Assembly: GCA_024636135.1 (NCBI GenBank)
Contig: JAGXHP010000039.1
Span: forward strand, 1 to 61,044
From: Chloroflexota bacterium
Lineage (GTDB): Bacteria > Chloroflexota > Limnocylindria > QHBO01
Length of the DNA: 61,044 nt
Direction: 5' to 3'
The notes beneath the pieces were generated by a model, which did not search any database, was not told where the DNA came from, and worked only from the letters and a program-made list of their open reading frames with translations. Below, piece by piece: positions 36,401 to 46,269 of this stretch. Every line of letters begins with the position of its first letter. The first letter of the stretch is position 1. A program made the translations under genes and the position numbers.

Positions 36401-36965
36401 TCTCGAAGATTCGGTCGGCGAACCTGATGGGCCACAGGCGGCATGCCTTGCCGAGCACCTCGTTGGCGCGCATGATCCTCGCGCTCTGCTGCTCCGGGTC
36501 GCCGAAGGCCGATCCCCGGGGCGTGACCGTGTAGTCGGGCGTCGCGACACACAGGATCCGGTCAGCCGGGAGCAGAGCCAAAAGCTCGTCCAGGATGCGC
36601 TCCACGTTTGCCGCATACTGCCGTTCGGTTACGCCCTGCACGGTGTCGTTGACGCCGATGAGCAGCGTCACGAGATCCGGCCGCAGCGGCGCGAGCTCCG
36701 GGAGCTCCCGCTCGATCAGGTCCCTTGACGTGTAGCCATTGACGGCCAGGTTGCCGGCGATCTCGATGGCGTCGACCCGCTCCGCGAGCTGATTCGGCCA
36801 GCGCTCGGCCTCCGACACGGCGGTGCCGATGGTGTACGAGTCACCGAGAGCCACAAGACGCACGCTATCCTCCAGGCTGGGGGTCGGTGGCGAGCCTGAG
36901 CCGCATGCCACCGGGTGCGCGACGACGCCAAGCCAGGACGAGTACGCCGCGTTGCATGCTCGCAT
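36276..36965 (-). CDS. SGNH/GDSL hydrolase
   Basis: Block I is VALGDSYT, block III is GVNDT and block V is DGLHPS. The start is uncertain: a GTG near 36860 (VRLVALGDS) would avoid overlap with the divergent gene. Confidence 0.7.
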   Translation of the reverse strand: MRACNAAYSSWLGVVAHPVACGSGSPPTPSLEDSVRLVALGDSYTIGTAVSEAERWPNQLAERVDAIEIAGNLAVNGYTSRDLIERELPELAPLRPDLVTLLIGVNDTVQGVTERQYAANVERILDELLALLPADRILCVATPDYTVTPRGSAFGDPEQQSARIMRANEVLGKACRLWPIRFADRIFEISRLAAHDPSLIADDGLHPSGLQYELWVDSVAPLVRDLLSG

Positions 36966-36970
36966 ACCCT
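36965..36970 (+). promoter_or_regulatory. -10 box TACCCT, leaderless DUF554 gene
   Basis: TACCCT lies 6 nt upstream of the ATG at 36977. Confidence 0.3.
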
Positions 36971-36976
36971 ACGGGA

Positions 36977-37711
36977 ATGTTCCTGACCGGCACGCTCCTC
37001 AACATGGTGACGGTGCTGGTCGGCGCATCGATCGGCTTGCTCCTCGGGGCGCGAATGTCGGGTCGCATGCAGGTCAGCCTCACGACAGGTCTCGCCTTCT
37101 TCACCCTGGCCATTGCCACCTCCATGGCGATTTCGATCTTCACCGATCCCGCGGCACAGCCCGGTGACGACCTGGCCATCCTCGGCGCGCTCCTGCTCGG
37201 CGTGGTCATCGGCGAGTTCCTGAGGCTGCATGACGGCCTGGAGTGGCTGGGCAACTGGTTCCAGCGGCGGCTTTCGCGGGGCGAGCGACCGAGCCGGATA
37301 GCGGAGGGCTTTGTGACCGCCAGCATCGTGTTCTGCGTCGGGCCACTCACGATCCTCGGCTCGGTGGCAAACGGACTGACGGGTGATGTCCAACTGCTGG
37401 CGATCAAGTCGCTGCTCGACGGCGTGGCCTCAATCGCGTTCGCGGCCGCGCTCGGCGCCGGCGTCTACCTCTCGGTCCTGACGATCCTCATCGTCCAGGG
37501 AGGGATCGCGGCCGGAGCCAGCCTGTTTCAGGGGGCGATGGACCAGGTCACAATCCTCGCCATCACCGCGGCCGGCGGGCTCATCCTCATGGGGGTCGCG
37601 CTCCGGCTCCTCGATCTGAAGCCGGTCCGCGTGGCCAGCTTCCTCCCGGCCATCGTGCTGGCGCCGATTCTCGTGCGGGTCGCCGAGCTGGTCCGAACGG
37701 CACTGGCATGA
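36977..37711 (+). CDS. DUF554-family membrane protein
   Basis: I start the gene at MFLTGTLLNMVTVLVGASIGLLLG, the family-typical N-terminus. TACCCT lies 6 nt upstream of this ATG. Confidence 0.65.
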   Translation: MFLTGTLLNMVTVLVGASIGLLLGARMSGRMQVSLTTGLAFFTLAIATSMAISIFTDPAAQPGDDLAILGALLLGVVIGEFLRLHDGLEWLGNWFQRRLSRGERPSRIAEGFVTASIVFCVGPLTILGSVANGLTGDVQLLAIKSLLDGVASIAFAAALGAGVYLSVLTILIVQGGIAAGASLFQGAMDQVTILAITAAGGLILMGVALRLLDLKPVRVASFLPAIVLAPILVRVAELVRTALA

Positions 37712-38862
37712 CGCGCCGATCGTTCCACACCAGCGAACCGCAGTCGGTGACCTTCGTCGAGCTGTTCTTCGACCTGGTCTTCGTCTTCGCGGTCACTCAG
37801 GTCACCGCACTCACCGCACATCATCTGACCGCAGTCGGGATCCTCCACTCGCTGCTCCTCTTCTGGCTCATCTGGTGGGCGTGGACACAGTTCACGTGGA
37901 CCCTCAACCCAGCAGATACCACCCATGACGGCGTGCGGCTCGTCACGATTCTGGCGACCGGGGCCGCATTCGTGATGGCGACGGCAGTGCCCGGCGCGTT
38001 CGAGGCGGACGCCCTGTGGTTCGCCATCCCCTACCTCCTCGTCCGGGTGCTGGGGCTGGCACTCCAGATCCGGGTCGAGGTGGAGGACTCGACGTCCAGC
38101 CAGGGCGGTGTCTGGGCCTGGGCCGGCTTCTCGATGATCGGGCTGCTCCTCGTCCTGATGGGGGCGCTGGCAGACCCCTCGGCCAGGACGGCGCTGTGGG
38201 TCGCCGCCGTCGTTGCCGACCTCGTCGCGGCATTGGTTGCGGGTCGAGCGCGTGAGTGGGACCTCAACCCGGCGCACCTCTCCGAACGACATGGCCTCTT
38301 CGTGATCATCGCCATCGGCGAGTCCCTCATCGTCGCCGGGGCCGCCGTGGCGGGCGACGTGCGCACCCTTCCGCTGGCAGGCGTCGCAGTGGCGTCGCTG
38401 GCCGTCGCCGGCCTGATGTGGTGGACCTATTTCGGATGGCTGCAGGAGGCACTCGAGCACGGCATCGCCGCCACCGCTCCATCGCGAATGGGAGCGGCGG
38501 CACGGGACGCGTTCAGCCTCAGCCACTTTCCCCTGGTCTGCGGCATCGTCGGCTTTGCCGTCGCGGTCGAAGAGTTCGTGGCGCACCCCGACGAGCCCGC
38601 CTCGGGCGCGGTGATCGCGGCGCTCGGCGCCGGTGTCGCGCTGTTCGTCGGATTCTCCGCCGTCTCGTACTGGGTGCTGCATCGGCGACTGCTCGTGGCT
38701 CGCGGCGTTGCGCTAGTCACGATGGTCGCGCTCCTCGCTGTCGTCGCGCCGCTCGCACCGGTCGTGCCGCTGGCCGGCGTCGCGATCGTGCTCTTCGCGC
38801 TGGTGCTGTTCGAGCGATCGGCGCGTGACCACGCGGCCCTGCGGGACGCTAGCCCAGGCTGA
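37708..38862 (+). CDS. Low-temperature-requirement A (LtrA)-family membrane protein
   Basis: 384 aa. The N-terminal signature is FVELFFDLVFVFAVTQ and the protein has many TM segments. The ATG overlaps the upstream stop codon (ATGA). Confidence 0.7.
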   Translation: MTRRSFHTSEPQSVTFVELFFDLVFVFAVTQVTALTAHHLTAVGILHSLLLFWLIWWAWTQFTWTLNPADTTHDGVRLVTILATGAAFVMATAVPGAFEADALWFAIPYLLVRVLGLALQIRVEVEDSTSSQGGVWAWAGFSMIGLLLVLMGALADPSARTALWVAAVVADLVAALVAGRAREWDLNPAHLSERHGLFVIIAIGESLIVAGAAVAGDVRTLPLAGVAVASLAVAGLMWWTYFGWLQEALEHGIAATAPSRMGAAARDAFSLSHFPLVCGIVGFAVAVEEFVAHPDEPASGAVIAALGAGVALFVGFSAVSYWVLHRRLLVARGVALVTMVALLAVVAPLAPVVPLAGVAIVLFALVLFERSARDHAALRDASPG

Positions 38863-39910
38863 AGGCCGGCCGGATCTCGCCGGACTGATTGCCCCTCGGA
38901 TCCTCGATCGGAGGCTTCGCGTACTCCTCGAGCGCGGCTAACTGACCGGCGTCGAGGGCGCCTGCCTGGCGCAGCGCCTCGCACGTGGCGACGTTCACCG
39001 CGCGCTGCGCGGCCCCCCCATCCTCGATGGTGAGCGCGATGCCGGCGGGCGACCATCCGCCAGCGGCCGACGGCAGCAGCCCGACCGTGCCGACGCCCTC
39101 TGCGCCGCCCTTCGCAACGATGGTGCCGACCCCCACCCGCATCAGCGCCGTGTCGATTCGCCGGCGGGTTCCGGCAACCAGATCCGGGTGGGCGATCATC
39201 GCGTCCCGGATGCGGACCAAGGCAGCGCGAAGCGGCGGATCGGCCACGGCCGATGGGTCGGCGAGCCGGGCGAACGCCAGCGCGAGCCCTCGGAGGGGCA
39301 TCCCGAAGGTGAGGACGCCACAGCCATCGGTCGCGGTGACGATCTGCTCGACCGGAACGTCGGACAGGGCGGAGACGGTCTCGAGCGCCATCCGCTGCAC
39401 GGGATGATCGGGGTCCCAGTAGCTGTCGATCGGCCAGCCTGACGCCTTGGCGAACAGAACCATCCCGGCGTGCTTGCCGGAGCAGTTTCCCCGAAAGGAA
39501 GTCGGCTGCTCGCCGTCGCGGATCAGCCGGTGCGCCGTCTCCCGGTCGTAGGGCGCATGGACCTGGTTCTGCAGCACCGAACTCGTGAGGCCGGCGCGGC
39601 GGAGCGTCTCCTGCACGAGCCGAACGTGCTGATCCTCGCCGCTGTGACTGGCGGCCATTACGGCCAGGGCGTCATCACCAAGCTGGTACTCGTCGAAACG
39701 CCCGGACGCGACGAATGGGGCGAGCTGGAAGGGCTTGGCGCTCGAGCGCAGGAAGATGAAATGGTCCGGATCACCGACGGATGCGATGGGTGACCCGTCG
39801 GGGGCGACGACGGCCACGGCACCACGATGCGCGGATTCAACCCGATCGCCCCGTCGAACCTCCACCAGCACGGGTGGCGCGGCTGTCGCTGGACGTCGGG
39901 CGCGGCTCAC
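38849..39910 (-). CDS. Asparaginase II-family (Rhizobium-type) protein
   Basis: 353 aa. Family-typical segments are VEVRRGDRVESAHRG.VAVV and FLRSSAKPFQ. The convergent overlap with ltrA is 14 nt. Confidence 0.7.
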   Translation of the reverse strand: MSRARRPATAAPPVLVEVRRGDRVESAHRGAVAVVAPDGSPIASVGDPDHFIFLRSSAKPFQLAPFVASGRFDEYQLGDDALAVMAASHSGEDQHVRLVQETLRRAGLTSSVLQNQVHAPYDRETAHRLIRDGEQPTSFRGNCSGKHAGMVLFAKASGWPIDSYWDPDHPVQRMALETVSALSDVPVEQIVTATDGCGVLTFGMPLRGLALAFARLADPSAVADPPLRAALVRIRDAMIAHPDLVAGTRRRIDTALMRVGVGTIVAKGGAEGVGTVGLLPSAAGGWSPAGIALTIEDGGAAQRAVNVATCEALRQAGALDAGQLAALEEYAKPPIEDPRGNQSGEIRPAFSLG

Positions 39911-39931
39911 TCCGGGCGGGTCGCGACGGGC

Positions 39932-40591
39932 CTACTGGCCGCCGCCGCCCTGGCCGCCGCCCTGGCCGGCGGGCTGGCCCTCGCGCTGCTCGGCGCCGCC
40001 CTTCTCGCCACCCTCGCGCTCGCCCTTGCTGAAGATGCTGCCACCGCTTGCGCGGTTTGCGGGGGCCGCTCCGCTCTGCCCAGGCTGTCCGGGCTGTCCC
40101 GCGGTCGGAGCGGGGCGGGCACCGGGCTCTCGCGTCATGGTGACGCCGCCCTCCCAGTGCGCGCCTTCCTTGACGACAAGCACCTGGGTCTTGATGTTGC
40201 CCTTCACGCGGCCGGTCGAGCCGATCTCGAAGCGTCCGCCGCAGTCGACGTCGCCCTCGTAGTCGCCGTTGACCACCACGTTGTGGGCCTTGATCGCGCT
40301 GCGAACGCGCGCCTGCGGGCTGATGATCAGCGTCCCCTGGCACTCGATTTCGCCCTGCGCCTCGCCTTCGATCCGCAGATCGCGGTCGCTGACGTACTTC
40401 CCGTTGAACCGGGCATGGGGATCGATGACGCTCTCGTTGCCGCGATCATCGCGACGGGGGAATTCGCTGGGTGACTGTGCCACGTCGACCTCACTCGTCA
40501 GGTTATCCGGATACAGGTTCCCGACCACATCCTCGCGCGAGAGGCTGTCCGGCTTGGTGTCACGCTTTGATCCGAAGACCATGCTCTCCAT
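39932..40591 (-). CDS. Bactofilin (polymer-forming cytoskeletal protein) with Gly/Gln-rich C-terminal tail
   Basis: The beta-helix repeats G.A.G.I.C.G.L.I and V.G.V.GD are typical of the DUF583/bactofilin core. GAGGAGG lies just upstream. The start is either 40591 or the Met at 40582, which has better SD spacing. Confidence 0.8.
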   Translation of the reverse strand: MESMVFGSKRDTKPDSLSREDVVGNLYPDNLTSEVDVAQSPSEFPRRDDRGNESVIDPHARFNGKYVSDRDLRIEGEAQGEIECQGTLIISPQARVRSAIKAHNVVVNGDYEGDVDCGGRFEIGSTGRVKGNIKTQVLVVKEGAHWEGGVTMTREPGARPAPTAGQPGQPGQSGAAPANRASGGSIFSKGEREGGEKGGAEQREGQPAGQGGGQGGGGQ

Positions 40592-40733
40592 ACCTCCTCA
40601 GGTGGCGGATCCGAGCGACGGGCGGGCACACGGTCCATGCGCGAAAGGGTCAGACACGAACCGATAGCCTAGCAGCAAGCCGCCAGCCGAGGTAGATCCC
40701 GGTCCTTGCCCCCGCACGCGGCGTACCAGCCGG

Positions 40734-41852
40734 TCATCCGCGCACGATTCGGGAGCGCGCGACGACCATGACGATCAGGGCCGCCGCCGGAACCACCGCC
40801 AGGCCGATGCGCAGGCCGGCAAGCTCGCCGAGAAGGCCGACGGCCAATGGGCCGATGAGGAATCCCGCGTACCCGAGCGACAGCACGTACGACGCCGCTC
40901 GACCGGCATACGGGCCGGCTCGCCGACCGGCGAGGCTGATCACGACCGGGACCATGAACGCGGCGCCGAGCGCCGCGACGAACATCGCGCCGATCGCGAC
41001 CGGCAGCGAGGGCACGACCAGCGCCACGCCCATCCCCGCCACGATCAGGCCCCCGGACGCCAGGAGCGTCGCCCCAGCCCCGAGCGATCCCGCGATGCCG
41101 GCGCCTACCAGGCGGCCAACGAGCATCGCCGCGTGAAATGCTCCCGGACCAAGAGCCCCGACGAACGCCGCGGCACCCAGCGTGTCGCGCAGGTAGATCG
41201 CCGACCATGTCTCCATCGATCCCTCGGCCAGGAATGCGAGCCCGGCAAGGGCGGCAAGCGGCAGCATGACGATCGCGACGGCGCGCGGGACCCGGCCTTC
41301 GCGCACGACGGGCCGGCGATGCCCGCCGAGCGACAGCACCCCCGCCGCCAGGACTCCGAGCCCCATGACCGGGTAGACGACCTGGAACGGGACGCCGACT
41401 CCCACGGCGGCCCCCGCCCCGATGGAGCCGACCAGGCCCCCACCGCTGAACGCCGCGTGCAGGAGCGTGAGCCGAGCAGGTCGCCCCCAGTCGGCATCAC
41501 CCATCGCGGATCCGTTGATCGCGACGTCGAAGGCGCCACTGCCGGCCGCCATCACGACCACGCCCGCGACCAGGGCCGGTAGCGGGCCGAGCGCACCCAC
41601 TGTGACGAGGCCCACCGCCAGCCCCACCGACGTCACGAAGATCCCCACCTGTGACCCGATGCGGTCGATGAGCCACCCCGTACCGATCATGATCGGTAGA
41701 GACACGGCGAAGCCCGCGGTGAGCATCAGGCCGAGCGGTCCGCTCGTCAGGTCGTAATGCCCGGCGAGATCGGGAAGGACCGCCTGCCACGCTCCCCACA
41801 CCGCCCCGAATGCGCCGAAGGCCATCGGCAGGGGGTGGAGCCTGGGTCGCAT
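40734..41852 (-). CDS. MFS transporter
   Basis: 372 aa with about 12 hydrophobic helices and Gly-rich MFS-like loops. The start may be the downstream Met (MAFGAF). Confidence 0.7.
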   Translation of the reverse strand: MRPRLHPLPMAFGAFGAVWGAWQAVLPDLAGHYDLTSGPLGLMLTAGFAVSLPIMIGTGWLIDRIGSQVGIFVTSVGLAVGLVTVGALGPLPALVAGVVVMAAGSGAFDVAINGSAMGDADWGRPARLTLLHAAFSGGGLVGSIGAGAAVGVGVPFQVVYPVMGLGVLAAGVLSLGGHRRPVVREGRVPRAVAIVMLPLAALAGLAFLAEGSMETWSAIYLRDTLGAAAFVGALGPGAFHAAMLVGRLVGAGIAGSLGAGATLLASGGLIVAGMGVALVVPSLPVAIGAMFVAALGAAFMVPVVISLAGRRAGPYAGRAASYVLSLGYAGFLIGPLAVGLLGELAGLRIGLAVVPAAALIVMVVARSRIVRG

Positions 41853-41880
41853 CCGCCCATTGTGCGCAGGTCGAGCGGAC

Positions 41881-41886
41881 TAGAAT
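41881..41886 (+). promoter_or_regulatory. -10 box TAGAAT, leaderless upp
   Basis: TAGAAT lies 7 nt upstream of the ATG at 41894. Confidence 0.45.
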
Positions 41887-41893
41887 CTCGCCG

Positions 41894-42625
41894 ATGTCCA
41901 CCCCCGCCCGAACCAGCTCGGTGCACCTGAGCAACCACCCGCTGGTGGCGCACAAGCTCGCCATCCTGCGCGACACGGCCACCGAGCCGAAGAAGTTCCG
42001 CGAGCTGGTGCGCGAGCTCACCTGGCTGCTCGGCTACGAGGCGATGGCCGATCTCGCAACGCGACCCCAGCGGGTCGAGACGCCCCTCGAGCCGATGACC
42101 GGCGCGCGCCTCGAGCCGAAGGTCGGGCTGATCCCCATCCTGCGTGCCGGGATCGGCATGGTGGACGCGATGCTCGAGCTGCTGCCTTCCGCCGAGGTGT
42201 GGCACATCGGCCTGTACCGTGACGAACGGACGCTGAAGCCGGTCGAGTACTACAACAAGCTGCCCGACGCGGCGACTGTCCAGGTCTGCCTGATCCTCGA
42301 CCCGATGCTCGCCACGGGCGGGTCGGCCGCCGCGACGGTCGACATCCTCAAGCAGTGGGGAGCCGCCCGGATCAAGCAGGTCAGCCTCATCGCCGCCCCG
42401 GAGGGCGTGGCGACGCTGTCAGCGGCCCATCCCGACGTCGACATCCACATCGCCGCGCTCGACTCCCACCTCAACGAGCGCGGGTACATCGTTCCGGGCC
42501 TCGGCGATGCGGGCGATCGTCAGTTCGGGACGTTCGCCGGTCCCGCGTCCGAGCCTGGCCATGGGCCGGACGACGAGACGGCCGAGGTCGTTCGTCGCCT
42601 TCAGCGCGACGTCGGCGCGGGCTGA
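41894..42625 (+). CDS. upp: Uracil phosphoribosyltransferase
   Basis: I start the gene at [22 protein letters not shown]. The PRPP motif is [14 protein letters not shown] and the C-terminal motif is [13 protein letters not shown] roughly 35-aa C-terminal extension is present. Confidence 0.85.
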   Translation: MSTPARTSSVHLSNHPLVAHKLAILRDTATEPKKFRELVRELTWLLGYEAMADLATRPQRVETPLEPMTGARLEPKVGLIPILRAGIGMVDAMLELLPSAEVWHIGLYRDERTLKPVEYYNKLPDAATVQVCLILDPMLATGGSAAATVDILKQWGAARIKQVSLIAAPEGVATLSAAHPDVDIHIAALDSHLNERGYIVPGLGDAGDRQFGTFAGPASEPGHGPDDETAEVVRRLQRDVGAG

Positions 42626-42841
42626 TCCGCCTCGGCGTCTTCCGCTCCGGCGCAACGAAGTGTCCCGAAGGAACCGCCGTCGGACCGTTGATGCAATCGC
42701 TGGTGCCGTTGGCTGCCCCTTCGGGACAACCTGAGAATAGTCAGCGCTGCCGTGACCCGTCCATCCCCCTTTTCCACGAAGTTCGGACGGCCGGGCCGGG
42801 TTATCCACATCCTGTCCCCAGCGACCGCTCGGAGGCCGGCG

Positions 42842-42847
42842 TACGAT
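42842..42847 (+). promoter_or_regulatory. -10 box TACGAT, leaderless arsC (ATG 42855)
   Basis: TACGAT lies 7 nt upstream of the ATG at 42855. The GTG at 42849 is too close to be the transcribed start. Confidence 0.35.
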
Positions 42848-42848
42848 C

Positions 42849-43280
42849 GTGAGCATGAACGGCTCCCGGGACCTTGAGCGCGTGCTCTTCCTGTGCACCC
42901 ACAACAGCGCGCGTAGCCAGATGGCCGAGGGCATGCTTCGAGCCTGGGCCGGCGACCGGTTCGATGCGGCGAGCGCGGGAACGATCGCCACGACGGTGCG
43001 TCCCGAGGCAATCGACGTCATGCGCGAGATCGGGATCGACATCGGGGACCAGGCGAGCAAGACCCTGGAGCCGTTCCTCGGACAGGCGTTTGTGTGGCTC
43101 ATCACGGTCTGCGACGAGGCACGCGAGGCGTGCCCCACGATGCCCGGTGTCGTTCGGCAGGAGCACTGGAGCATCGCCGATCCATCGCTGGCCGAAGGGG
43201 ACCATGAGACGCGGCTGACCGCGTTCCGGGCGGCGCGCGATGACCTGCGATCGCGGATCGAGGCGTTCATCGCCCGCTGA
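42849..43280 (+). CDS. arsC: Thioredoxin-coupled arsenate reductase / LMW phosphotyrosine phosphatase family
   Basis: The P-loop is LCTHNSARS (CX5R-S). A Cys pair, CDEAREAC (C-x6-C), matches Trx-type ArsC. The likely true start is the ATG at 42855, which is at leaderless spacing from TACGAT. Confidence 0.8.
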   Translation: MSMNGSRDLERVLFLCTHNSARSQMAEGMLRAWAGDRFDAASAGTIATTVRPEAIDVMREIGIDIGDQASKTLEPFLGQAFVWLITVCDEAREACPTMPGVVRQEHWSIADPSLAEGDHETRLTAFRAARDDLRSRIEAFIAR

Positions 43281-43304
43281 CCGTGCTCCTGTTACCCTCG
43301 CGCC

Positions 43305-43832
43305 GTGACCCGGACCGTCCCCGCCTGCCCGCACTGCGCGACCGTCGGCGAGCAGCCACTGGTGTGCGACCGCTGCCAGTGGCGCTGGTATGCCAATCCC
43401 AAGCCGGCGGCCGCCGTCCTGCTGGAGCGGGCCGACGACGAAGGCGAGCCGAGACTGCTCCTCCTGCGCCGGGCGGTGGAGCCGGGTCACGGTGCCTGGG
43501 ACCTTCCCGCGGGCTACCTCGACCCCGGTGAGTCGTTCGAGATGGCGGCACGCCGCGAGACCCGCGAGGAGTCGGGCATCGACGTCGAGCTGCTGTCGCT
43601 CGCAGGGGTGTACCACTCGGCCCCCGCCAACGCCGTGACCGCCGTGTATCGGGCGCGCGCCATCGACCCCGAGGCCACGGTGTCCCTCGACTTCGAATCG
43701 AGCGACCATGCGTGGGTGGGTCGGTCCGAGGTCGCCGCGTGGCTGCCCCGCATTGCCTTCTCGGCCATGGCGGCGGCCGTTGCCGACTGGGCGGCGGGAC
43801 GGCGCGGCGAGCCCCGGCCGGACGGCTCCTGA
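43305..43832 (+). CDS. NUDIX hydrolase with N-terminal zinc ribbon
   Basis: The zinc ribbon is CPHC...CDRC. The Nudix box is [23 protein letters not shown]. Confidence 0.8.
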   Translation: MTRTVPACPHCATVGEQPLVCDRCQWRWYANPKPAAAVLLERADDEGEPRLLLLRRAVEPGHGAWDLPAGYLDPGESFEMAARRETREESGIDVELLSLAGVYHSAPANAVTAVYRARAIDPEATVSLDFESSDHAWVGRSEVAAWLPRIAFSAMAAAVADWAAGRRGEPRPDGS

Positions 43833-43876
43833 GCCTGCGCTACACTCAGGATCGACCCAATTTCGACAGGAGACTG

Positions 43877-44872
43877 ATGCCCGACTCCCCCGTCACGGTG
43901 GCCGTCACCGGGGCCGCCGGCCAGATCGGCTACGCCCTCCTCTTCCGCATCGCCTCCGGCCAGGCGTTCGGTGCCGAGACCCATGTGAACCTGCGTCTGC
44001 TCGAGCTGGATGCCGCGCTTCCGGCCCTCGACGGCGTGCGCATGGAGCTCGACGACTGCGCGTTCCCCTTGCTCGACTCGATCGTCTGCACGTCGAGCAC
44101 CGACGAGGCGTTCGCCGGCGCGAATTGGGCGCTGCTGGTGGGCGCCGTGCCGCGCCGCGACGGCATGGAGCGCAAGGACCTCCTCAGTATCAACGGCGGC
44201 ATCTTCACCGGCCAGGGCGAGGCCATTGCCCGCCATGGGGCCGATGACTGCCGCGTCCTGGTAGTCGGGAATCCGTGCAACACGAATGCGCTGATCGGCT
44301 CGGCGGCGGCAGCCCGTCAGGGGATGCCGGCGGATCGCTGGATGGCGATGACGATGCTCGACGAGAACCGCGGCCGATCGCAGCTTGCGGCCAGGGCCGG
44401 GGTCGCGGTTGATGCGGTCCGCGATCTCGCGATCTGGGGGAACCATTCCTCGACGCAGTTCCCCGACGCCTGGCACGCCACGATCGGCGGTCGGCCGGCG
44501 CCGGACGTCATCGACGACGAGACCTGGCTGCGCGGGGAGTTCATCACCAACGTCCAGCAGCGCGGCGCCGCGATCATCAAGGCGCGCGGTCAGTCGAGCG
44601 CGGCCAGCGCCGCCAATGCCGTGATCGACACCGTGCGGAACATCGCCGAGCCCAGCGGGAACGCGTTCAGCGCGGCGATCCCCGCCCCTCGTGACGGCGG
44701 CTATGACGTTCCCGAGGGCCTGGTGTTCGGCTACCCGCTGCAGGCCCATCCGGGTGGAGAGCTCGAGATCGTCCAGGGCATCGAGCACGACGACTTCGCG
44801 CGGGCCCGAATCGAGGCAACCACCGCCGAGCTGCTCGAGGAGCGCCGCGCGGTGGAGGAGCTCCTGGCATGA
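43877..44872 (+). CDS. mdh: Malate dehydrogenase (LDH-like type 2)
   Basis: The start follows AGGAGA. The Rossmann motif is [21 protein letters not shown]. Further motifs are GNPCNTNA and WGNHSSTQ. Confidence 0.9.
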   Translation: MPDSPVTVAVTGAAGQIGYALLFRIASGQAFGAETHVNLRLLELDAALPALDGVRMELDDCAFPLLDSIVCTSSTDEAFAGANWALLVGAVPRRDGMERKDLLSINGGIFTGQGEAIARHGADDCRVLVVGNPCNTNALIGSAAAARQGMPADRWMAMTMLDENRGRSQLAARAGVAVDAVRDLAIWGNHSSTQFPDAWHATIGGRPAPDVIDDETWLRGEFITNVQQRGAAIIKARGQSSAASAANAVIDTVRNIAEPSGNAFSAAIPAPRDGGYDVPEGLVFGYPLQAHPGGELEIVQGIEHDDFARARIEATTAELLEERRAVEELLA

Positions 44873-46173
44873 CGGCCGACGCCGCCACCCGGACCGCTGC
44901 AGCGCTGAGCATCGGCGACCGGCAGATCGAGCTGCCGATCGTGCACGGCAGCGACGGTGATGACGCGATCGACATCGGCTCCCTGCGCGCCGAGACCGGG
45001 CTCATTACCCTGGATCCGGGCTACGGCAATACCGGGGCCTGCTCGAGCGCCATTACCTATCTCGACGGCGAGGCCGGAGTCCTTCGCTACCGCGGCTATC
45101 CGATCGAGCAGCTGGCCGAGCATTCGAGCTTCCTGGAAGTGGCCTATCTCCTCATCTGGGGTGACCTGCCCTCCCAGTCCCAGCTCGATCACTTCGTGGC
45201 CGAGGTGACCCATCACACGCTGATCCGCGAGGAGATGCGGCACTTCTTCGACTCGTTCCCGGCAGACGCCCACCCGATGGCGGTCCTCGCCTCGGGAACG
45301 GTCGGCATGAGCACCTTCTATCCCGACAGCCAGAACATCTTCGACGCCGATGCCGTCGAGGTCACGATCAACCGCCTGATCGCCAAGCTGCCGACGCTCG
45401 CTGCCTGGTCGTTCAAGAAGGCCGTCGGGCAGCCGTACGTGTACCCCCGCAACGACCTGGGCTACAGCTCGAACCTGCTGCACATGATGTTCGCGGTGCC
45501 GAGCGAGGACTATCGCGTCGATCCGACGGTCGCCGAGGCGCTCGACCTTCTCCTCATCCTCCACGCCGATCACGAGCAGAACGCGTCGACATCGACCGTT
45601 CGCCTGGTGGGGAGCACGCACGCCAACCTCTATGCCTCCATCAGTGCCGGCATCTCCGCCCTGTGGGGACCGCTGCATGGCGGTGCCAACGAGGCCGTCA
45701 TCGAAACGCTGGAGGGCATCGTCGCCGACGGCGGCAACGTTCAGAAGTGGGTCGACAAGGCCAAGGACCCGAACGACACGTTCCGGCTGGCCGGCTTCGG
45801 CCACCGGGTCTACAAGAACTTCGACCCGCGGGCCAAGATCATCCGGAGCGCCGCGGAGCGCGTGCTGGCGGCGACCGGGGCAGACGACCGCCTGTTCGAG
45901 ATCGCCCAGCAGCTGGAGGACGTGGCCCTGCGCGACGAGTACTTCATCAGCCGCAAGCTGTATCCGAACGTCGACTTCTACTCGGGGCTCATCTACCGCG
46001 CCATCGGCTTCCCGACGAACATGTTCACGAACAGCTTCGCGATCGGCCGTCTCCCGGGCTGGATCGCGCAATGGCGCGAGATGATGGGCTCGAAGGAATC
46101 CCGCCTGGGCCGACCGCGCCAGGTGTACGTCGGTCCCGGTGCGCGCGACTACGTCACGATCGAGCAGCGGTAG
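44869..46173 (+). CDS. gltA: Citrate synthase (type II)
   Basis: 434 aa. Motifs are [17 protein letters not shown] and [14 protein letters not shown]. The ATG overlaps the mdh stop codon (ATGA). Confidence 0.9.
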   Translation: MTADAATRTAAALSIGDRQIELPIVHGSDGDDAIDIGSLRAETGLITLDPGYGNTGACSSAITYLDGEAGVLRYRGYPIEQLAEHSSFLEVAYLLIWGDLPSQSQLDHFVAEVTHHTLIREEMRHFFDSFPADAHPMAVLASGTVGMSTFYPDSQNIFDADAVEVTINRLIAKLPTLAAWSFKKAVGQPYVYPRNDLGYSSNLLHMMFAVPSEDYRVDPTVAEALDLLLILHADHEQNASTSTVRLVGSTHANLYASISAGISALWGPLHGGANEAVIETLEGIVADGGNVQKWVDKAKDPNDTFRLAGFGHRVYKNFDPRAKIIRSAAERVLAATGADDRLFEIAQQLEDVALRDEYFISRKLYPNVDFYSGLIYRAIGFPTNMFTNSFAIGRLPGWIAQWREMMGSKESRLGRPRQVYVGPGARDYVTIEQR

Positions 46174-46269
46174 ATGACGGATGCCTACGCGATCGAGCCG
46201 GATGCCCCGCTGAGCGCCGAAGAGACCAACACCGCCATCTCGCTTCGACCGGGCGGAGGCACCGCATGA
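46174..46269 (+). CDS. Candidate 31-aa micro-ORF, translationally coupled on both sides
   Basis: A TAG-ATG junction joins it to the gltA stop codon, and an ATGA overlap joins it to the MBL gene start. The peptide is MTDAYAIEPDAPLSAEETNTAISLRPGGGTA, with G/C at the third position in about 24 of 31 codons. It may equally be a plain spacer carrying the MBL gene's SD. Confidence 0.2.
   Translation: MTDAYAIEPDAPLSAEETNTAISLRPGGGTA

Noticed and set aside
42626-42848. A tRNA, a 6C RNA or a small protein in the upp-arsC spacer
   Set aside because: There is no cloverleaf or T-loop (GGTTCGAATCC-like) sequence. The loops do not show the paired C-rich loop pattern of 6C RNA. Both the 53-codon (+) and 70-codon (-) frames have poor third-position GC and weak or no SD. 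The region is retained only as an unclassified structured spacer.
43091-43106. Additional CRP-like sites: TGTGTGGCTCATCACG (43091-43106) and TGTGGTGAGCCTCAAC (50320-50335)
   Set aside because: Both are only 8/10 matches. The first is inside the arsC coding sequence. The second is upstream of mmsA but overlaps a putative -10/TSS region. Neither is convincing without a genome-wide PWM score, so they are mentioned only as weak candidates.
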